Shown here one piece after another: positions 56,801 to 64,000 of a stretch of 64,000 bases of DNA. A model generated the notes under the pieces. That model searched no databases and was not told the origin of the DNA. It was given only the letters and a program-made list of their open reading frames with translations. Source of the DNA: Lingula anatina (taxonomy: Eukaryota > Animalia > Brachiopoda); assembly GCA_051362555.1 (NCBI GenBank), contig CM120640.1:2604001-2668000 (forward strand), in the 5' to 3' direction. Every line of letters begins with the position of its first letter. Position 1 is the stretch's first letter. Position numbers and translations under genes: made by a program.

Positions 56801-57244
56801 GAGTCCCAGTACAGATTTTTTTCATATCATTCTGTATCCCCAAAGTAAGTGACTGCATACTTCCACAGTAAATTTATTACATCACAGTGTTAACTTTTAA
56901 ATAAGGTGTTATGAATACTTAACCCAGCTTCAACTTATGTACAATATCCTGCTGTAATCCTTGTTACTGGCAGTATGTGATGTGATAATAGCCTGAGTGT
57001 CTAGATGACTAAAGTATGTCATGAAATGCATGATAAATATTGTCATATATTGTAGGATGTAGGCGGGAAGATAATGCTTCTTATTCCACATTTATCAACC
57101 AAAAAGATGAGAGACATTTTCTTTGATGATAAAATAAACTTCTAGGAAACTTTATGTTTTACAGGACTTGGAAAATGGAGTTCCTGACGTAGTCATATTG
57201 GAACTGGTGAATTCAGTTGCATCTGTAGGTTATGCATCTTTGCC

Positions 57245-57306
<62 letters not shown>

Positions 57307-59369
57307 TTTATTAATTTACCTTAAAGGGTTAAAGTTTATCATCAGTTCATTAAAAAATACTTATGCAGCAAATCTCTGTTCTGTGCATATTTTATTTCTC
57401 TATTATCTGTCAAAAAAAGATCATTGTTGTCATAATTATTTTCATTCATTCACTGGAGTTTTTCAGGGGCGGATTTAGGCCGTCTTCTGGGTCTTCCGGA
57501 AGACGGTCAGATTTTCAAGTTTACATTGACGGGTATCTAATTTTTTCTGTCGGAAGACGGTCAAAAAATGGAGGATGGACCAACAAATATAATATGGAAG
57601 ACTGTCAGAAAATATCTCTGGATCCGCCCCTGTTTTTACTTACAGACACATTAGTGTCTGTACATATCGGCATCACCCATCTGTCTGCTTCACAGCCATG
57701 CACATTTTTTGTCATGGCAATAACTGGAAATATATCACCATATGTATATCACCACAATATCACTGGGAATACTCAGTCCTAAAATGCCAGAAAAGATCCC
57801 CAAAAATGGGCATGCAATCATTTCATGCAATTTTCAAAAAAAAAAAAAAAAAAAAAATGCTTCTTCAGTAATTTTGACCTTGTTTTTATGTACAGACACA
57901 GTAGGGCCATTGCCCTCAAAATCTGGAAAGCAGTGTTACTAATTTTTACATTGAAGTGTTTACTCATTTTCCTGGGTCTGCCAGTCAAAATGGACATGGT
58001 CCCATGCTTTTTTTTTTGATATTTTAACTGTTTTGATGTGTGTTTGTGTGTGCGTATGTATATCTTCTTTCTTTTTTTTTTGTGAAGTACAAACTGCCTG
58101 GTCGGAATGAAGACGAAAAATCAAAAGGCACATTTCAAGAAGTCTTTATAGATGAAACTATGAAAACATTTCAATCTGTTCTGCTAAAATCTTCAATTAC
58201 AAATGTGAGTATTGCATTACTTGTGATTGCAAAAAGAGTTGATTATATTCAGTTGTATGCATTCATCGTCATTTTTACAGTAGAGGAAAGCAAATTTTAC
58301 AAAATAAGATATTTATTATTGATACTTCAAGTTTCTTTCATAATTTGTTTCCAAATTTTGGCACATATGACAGTTTTAAAAAAATCTTTTTTTTTTTTTA
58401 ATGTTTTCTTTCATATGGCCAATCATTTTTTAAAATCAAATCTAACGACCCACATTCTACTGATTATTTTTCAGTTGATATATATTGTTCCTTACACATA
58501 TACCCTGCAATAGCTAGTTGTGAACATTTAAATTTAATCTTTCCAGATATGTTTTTATTTTTTCGTCCTGAACTTAATTTATTCATGATTGCCATATCTT
58601 GCATTCATCAACACCATATCTTATGAGTGATCTCAATTATTGATGATTTCTTTGTATATTGTGAAGTCAAAATGTGTTTTAATGTGGTATATATTAAATT
58701 CATAACCTGTTATTTTCCTAAAACTATAACATCCAATGATCAATAATCTAAGTTAGGCACAAAGAAGCACTGTACTGGGATGGAAAAAAAAAAAATAATC
58801 AAACAAGCCCACTTTTAGACCCCAATTGCCCAAAGGGCTTATAGGCTTAAGTGCTTTTGGCACAGGCTATAATCTTTCAAAAATTATTTTTAGTTGCCAG
58901 AAAAAATGAAGGATAATCGACTGTTCATTATATGCAGGTAACTACAAGTTATCCTTCTACTATTTAATTAATGAAAAATGTACAATTTTAAACATCGAAA
59001 GGAAAAACCTTAATCTTAAATCATAAAAATTTTAACATGTAAGTTCAGTTGAATAGTGTCTGCTATAGTGACTGTAAATATATATGCATTCTTGTATCTT
59101 TGGTATTGTACTACATAAATGTTGAGTTGGAAGCTAAGTTAAACTGAACACATGTATAGCCATATATGGAAATATAGTGTTTTAATCAAGAAGTGTTATT
59201 TATTTTCAGATTAATAGGAGAACTTTTCCTGCAGCACTATTTTTCTTGTGAGGCAATCCTAAACATTATATCCCGCCTTCAAAGGCAGCGCACTGATGCC
59301 TCTGTTCAAGCCTTGTGTGTGCTGCTCACCATTGTTGGAGGCTGCCTGGATCGCTGCGGAATTCACACT
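53825..59369 (+). CDS. MIF4G-domain (eIF4G middle domain-like) protein, 3' incomplete (199 aa in window)
   Basis: Exons 53825-53872, 55089-55256, 57165-57224, 58088-58204, 58894-58937, 59210-59369 join in phase. NRLFIICRLIGELFLQ...SVQALCVLLTIVGGCLD parallels eIF4G RSLGNIKFIGELFKL...SLECLCRLLTTIGKDLD. The first exon is the least certain. Confidence 0.78.
54110..54973 (+). mobile_element. HINE-like element, short copy with a single partial core unit
   Basis: 5' ATTGTACCACCAGC plus nearby inverted copy GCTGGCGGTAC; 3' GCTGGTGTTGCAAT followed by hairpin GCAATACC...GGTATTGC. Ends are homologous to 59498-64000. Confidence 0.8.
56513..56863. mobile_element. MITE with CATAG-starting terminus and 7-bp flanking repeat CACAGTA (P-element-like, tentative)
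   Basis: TATGCAGTCACTTAC/GTAAGTGACTGCATA inverted pair, additional internal inverted blocks (TAGATCGATCTA twice), and direct flanks CACAGTA. Confidence 0.6.
57249..57304. repeat. (TA)n microsatellite
   Basis: Direct reading. Confidence 0.95.
57464..57632. mobile_element. hAT-like MITE CAGGGGCGGAT...ATCCGCCCCTG
   Basis: 11-bp perfect TIR with TTTTT on both flanks. Followed directly by a TACAGACAC/GTGTCTGTA hairpin related to the 39584 element. Confidence 0.7.
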
Positions 59370-59497
59370 GTAAATATTCACAACTTTTTTTTTTTCAGTA
59401 TATGTGTAAAATTGACTTTTGTGACAAAATTGAATTTTGCTAGATTTCTGCACTGTCTGTGTTAAAAGCGTGCATCTTCCTACTTTGTGATTAACTT

Positions 59498-62400
59498 ATT
59501 GTACCACCAGCGTAGGCGCTGGCGGTACACATGGTTTTAGTCAGACCCGTATGTTCCGCCGGCTCCGCCGGCTCCTGCGGCTCCGCCGCCAAGTCACCGT
59601 TACCACTTCTCCTCCTAGACGGTAATGGCCTCCATACCCATCTCTTGGATTTAGGTCACCTATAATCTCAACTCGTTCCACGTAAAATTTGGGCTTTGTC
59701 GGTATTGGGGTCTAGGTATGGCACTCATTGCAATGCACCCTTGTCCAAAAATGGCAAAATTAAATGCTAATTATCTCCCCTACGGAAGGAATTATGGGAA
59801 AAATTTCTACAGACAGCTTTCCAAAAGTCATATGTGTAGACTTCAAATATGCCCTTGGATTTGACCTTTGACCTTTATTTCAAGGTCAAACGGGCCAAAA
59901 TTTTCAAAAAAACAAAATTTTTGCCGAAAAAAAAATTATTTGTGTTCTTATTCAGACACCACACAGACTTAACTAATAATATTAATGGAAAGTGTTACCC
60001 TTCAGGTCATCTTTCATCTCCGTGAATTTGGGGTCAATCGGTGCATTTTCACGGGAGTAACGGCCATAAGATGACGAAACTGAAAACTGTCTCTAATTCG
60101 GGAACCGTTAATGATAGAGACCCATTCTTTTTTGCATTTTGTAGAGCATGTAAAGCCCAACACTGGAGGTGGTCTCCGTTTTTTTGTATTCCATACGGTT
60201 TTCGAGTTACGCTGTATCAAAAAGTACACATTGGTGGTGAAAGCAAAATGTGCAGTACGGTAATGGATAATAAATTTTGAACTCCGGAAAAATAAAACAT
60301 AAGGCTTGGCAAAGCAGACAACTTGTGGTCAAAAATGACATTATTTCATCAAATTTGAACATCAGGAACTTCAGAGCACCTCCCATTTCAAGAATTTTGA
60401 CCAAAATGACCTTTTCTTTATTTTAATTAATTTTTTCTGTAGGAAATTTATGGCACGTTATGGTAACTCCAAAATTATAACAATTAGTCCCTTATATCTC
60501 CAAAACTGGCAGAGATAGGTCCATAGTTACTATTGAAGTTGAATAGGAAGTCATATACTGGCAATTTACATGTGACCTTAAAATTGACCTTTGACCTACT
60601 TTTCACCATGAACTGAACTTTGCAAATTTTGCTTCCCCTTTATCTCCAAAACTGGCAGAGATAGGTCCATAGTCTCTATTGAACTTGAATAGGAAGTCAT
60701 ATACTGGCAATCTACGTGTGATCTTAAAATTGACCTTTGACCTACTTTTCACCATGAACTGAACTTTGCAAATTTTGCTTCCCTTTTATCTCCAAAACTG
60801 GCAGAGATAGGTCCATAGTTTCTATTGAACTTGAATAGGAAGTCATATACTGGCAATCTACATGTGACCTTAAAATTGACCTTTGACCTACTTTTCACCA
60901 TGAACTGAACTTTGCAAATTTTGCTTCCCTTTTATCTCCAAAACTGGCAGAGATAGGTCCATAGTTTCTATTGAACTTGAATAGGAAGTCATATACTGGC
61001 AATCTACACGTGACCTTAAAATTGACCTTTGACCTACTTTTCACCATGAACTGAACTTTGCAAATTTTGCTTCCCTTTTATCTCCAAAACTGGCAGAGAT
61101 AGGTCCATAGTTTCTATTGAACTTGAATAGGAAGTCATATACTGGCAATCTACATGTGACCTTAAAATTGACCTTTGACCTACTTTTCACCAAGAACTGA
61201 ACTTTGCAAATTTTGCTTCCCTTTTATCTCCAAAGTTATGCTGTATCAAAAAGTCATATTGGTGGTGAAAGCAAAATGTGCAGTACGGTAATGGATAATA
61301 AATTTTGAACTCCGGAAAAATAAAACATAAGGCTTGGCAAAGCAGACAACTTGTGGTCAAAAGTGACATTATTTCATCAAATTTGAACATCTGGAACTTC
61401 AGAGCACCTCCCATTTCAAGAATTTTGACCAAAAAGACCTTTTCTTTATTTTAATTAATTTTTTCTGTAGGAAATTTATGGCACATTATGGTAACTCCAA
61501 AATTATAACATTTAGTCCCTTATATCTCCAAAACTGGCAGAGATAGGTCCATAGTTACTATTGAAATTGAATAGGAAGTCATATACTGGCAATCTAAATG
61601 TGACCTTAAAATTGACCTTTGACCTACTTTTCACCATGAACTGAACTTTGCAAATTTTGCTTCCCTTTTATCTCCAAAACTGGCAGAGATAGGTCCATAG
61701 TCTCTATTGAAGTTGAATAGGAAGTCATATACTGGCAATCTCAAAGTGACCTTAAAATTGACCTTTGACCTACTTTTCACCATGAACTGAACTTTGCAAA
61801 TTTTGCTTCCCTTTTATCTCCAAAACTGGCAGAGATAGGTCCATAGTCTCTATTGAAGTTGAATAGGAAGTCATATACTGGCAATCTACATGTGACCTTA
61901 AAATTGACCTTTGACCTACTTTTCACCATGAACTGAACTTTGCTTATTTCTTTCTCTTTTAACTCCAAACCTGGCAGAAATAGGCCCATAGTTACTATTG
62001 AAGTTGAATAGGAAGTCATATACTGGCAATTTACATGTGACCTTAAAATTGACCTTTGACCTACTTTTCACCATGAACTGAACTTTGCAAATTTTGCTTC
62101 CCCTTTATCTCCAAAACTGGCAGAGATAGGTCCATAGTCTCTATTGAACTTGAATAGGAAGTCATATACTGGCAATCTACGTGTGATCTTAAAATTGACC
62201 TTTGACCTACTTTTCACCATGAACTGAACTTTGCAAATTTTGCTTCCCTTTTATCTCCAAAACTGGCAGAGATAGGTCCATAGTTTCTATTGAACTTGAA
62301 TAGGAAGTCATATACTGGCAATCTACATGTGACCTTAAAATTGACCTTTGACCTACTTTTCACCATGAACTGAACTTTGCAAATTTTGCTTCCCTTTTAT

Positions 62401-64000
62401 CTCCAAAACTGGCAGAGATAGGTCCATAGTTTCTATTGAACTTGAATAGGAAGTCATATACTGGCAATCTACACGTGACCTTAAAATTGACCTTTGACCT
62501 ACTTTTCACCATGAACTGAACTTTGCAAATTTTGCTTCCCTTTTATCTCCAAAACTGGCAGAGATAGGTCCATAGTTTCTATTGAACTTGAATAGGAAGT
62601 CATATACTGGCAATCTACATGTGACCTTAAAATTGACCTTTGACCTACTTTTCACCAAGAACTGAACTTTGCAAATTTTGCTTCCCTTTTATCTCCAAAG
62701 TTATGCTGTATCAAAAAGTCATATTGGTGGTGAAAGCAAAATGTGCAGTACGGTAATGGATAATAAATTTTGAACTCCGGAAAAATAAAACATAAGGCTT
62801 GGCAAAGCAGACAACTTGTGGTCAAAAGTGACATTATTTCATCAAATTTGAACATCTGGAACTTCAGAGCACCTCCCATTTCAAGAATTTTGACCAAAAA
62901 GACCTTTTCTTTATTTTAATTAATTTTTTCTGTAGGAAATTTAAGGCACATTATGGTAACTCCAAAATTATAACATTTAGTCCCTTATATCTCCAAAACT
63001 GGCAGAGATAGGTCCATAGTTACTATTGAAATTGAATAGGAAGTCATATACTGGCAATCTAAATGTGACCTTAAAATTGACCTTTGACCTACTTTTCACC
63101 ATGAACTGAACTTTGCAAATTTTGCTTCCCTTTTATCTCCAAAACTGGCAGAGATAGGTCCATAGTCTCTATTGAAGTTGAATAGGAAGTCATATACTGG
63201 CAATCTCAAAGTGACCTTAAAATTGACCTTTGACCTACTTTTCACCATGAACTGAACTTTGCAAATTTTGCTTCCCTTTTATCTCCAAAACTGGCAGAGA
63301 TAGGTCCATAGTCTCTATTGAAGTTGAATAGGAAGTCATATACTGGCAATCTACATGTGACCTTAAAATTGACCTTTGACCTACTTTTCACCATGAACTG
63401 AACTTTGCTTATTTCTTTCTCTTTTAACTCCAAACCTGGCAGAAATAGGCCCATAGTTACTATTGAAGTTGAATAGGAAGTCATATACTGGCAATTTACA
63501 TGTGACCTTAAAATTGACCTTTGACCTACTTTTCACCATGAACTGAACTTTGCAAATTTTGCTTCCCCTTTATCTCTACAACTGGCAGAGATAGGTCCAT
63601 AGTTACTATTGAACGTGAATAGGAAGTCATATACTGGGAATCTAAGTGTGACCTTGAAATTGACCTTTGACCTACTTATTATCATGAACTGAACTCTGCT
63701 TATTTCTTTCTCTTTTAACTCCAAACCTGGCAGAAATAGGCCCATAGTTACTATTGAAGTTGAATAGGAAGTCATATACTGGCAATTTACTGTGACCTTG
63801 GAATTGACCTTTGACCTACCTTACGATGAACTTAACTTTGATTGTACCATTTTTAGTAATATATATATTTTTTGCATATTTTGAAAATTCTTGTTGATTG
63901 CATTTTTACAGCTTGTCAAGCACAAGACTGGTGGCTGTGTTCCTTATTTTGTATATGTGGGGGTCTATACGAATGTGCTTGCTCCAGCTGGTGGTACAAT
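59498..64000 (+). mobile_element. HINE-like element, long copy carrying a satellite array
   Basis: 14-bp inverted pair ATTGTACCACCAGC (59498) and GCTGGTGGTACAAT (63987-64000), 5' internal hairpin, GCCGGCTCC microrepeats. Shares left and right arms with 54110-54973. The 3' hairpin is expected just beyond the window. Confidence 0.85.
60495..63840. repeat. Tandem array of a 146-bp unit (~19 copies in blocks of 5, 8 and ~6) separated by a ~298-bp spacer; 1465-bp higher-order duplication
   Basis: TATCTCCAAAACTGGCAGAG starts at 60495, 60641, 60787, 60933, 61079 and so on. Blocks restart at 61523 and 62988; variant units recur at a 1465-bp offset. Confidence 0.95.

Noticed and set aside
60014-63775. 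Repeated short ORFs (MVKILEMGG..., MTSYSTSIV...)
   Set aside because: By-products of the tandem repeat; non-ATG or weak starts and no recognisable domain.
60495-63840. CRISPR-like repeat array
   Set aside because: Units are contiguous 146-bp near-identical repeats with no unique spacers, there are no cas genes, and the context is a eukaryotic intron.

Overview
AT-rich, intron-containing animal genomic DNA with no prokaryotic features. The repeat types and gene sequences suggest a marine invertebrate, probably a lophotrochozoan or mollusc (inference). I reconstructed seven spliced genes by hand from GT-AG boundaries with consistent phases: (1) an orphan ~200 aa minus-strand gene ending in a DSGIDS degron-like motif; (2) a short Ca2+/calmodulin-regulated MLCK-family kinase with a long RxSP-rich tail; (3) a 16-exon, 737 aa minus-strand protein with a signal peptide, seven six-cysteine modules, an S/T stalk and a GPI-type tail; (4) POLR2L/RPB10; (5) a TSPAN4/9-type tetraspanin lying head-to-head with POLR2L, as in human; (6) COX5B; (7) a divergent stand-alone eIF4G-like MIF4G gene, head-to-head with COX5B and running off the window. 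Introns carry many non-autonomous DNA elements (TAA, TTAA, TTAT, 6-bp and TA target-site classes), an RTE fragment and Helentron/HINE-like elements. One HINE-like element has amplified a 146-bp unit into a ~19-copy array with a 1465-bp higher-order duplication. Most ORFs in the supplied track are spurious. All assignments come from manual reading; no database search was run.
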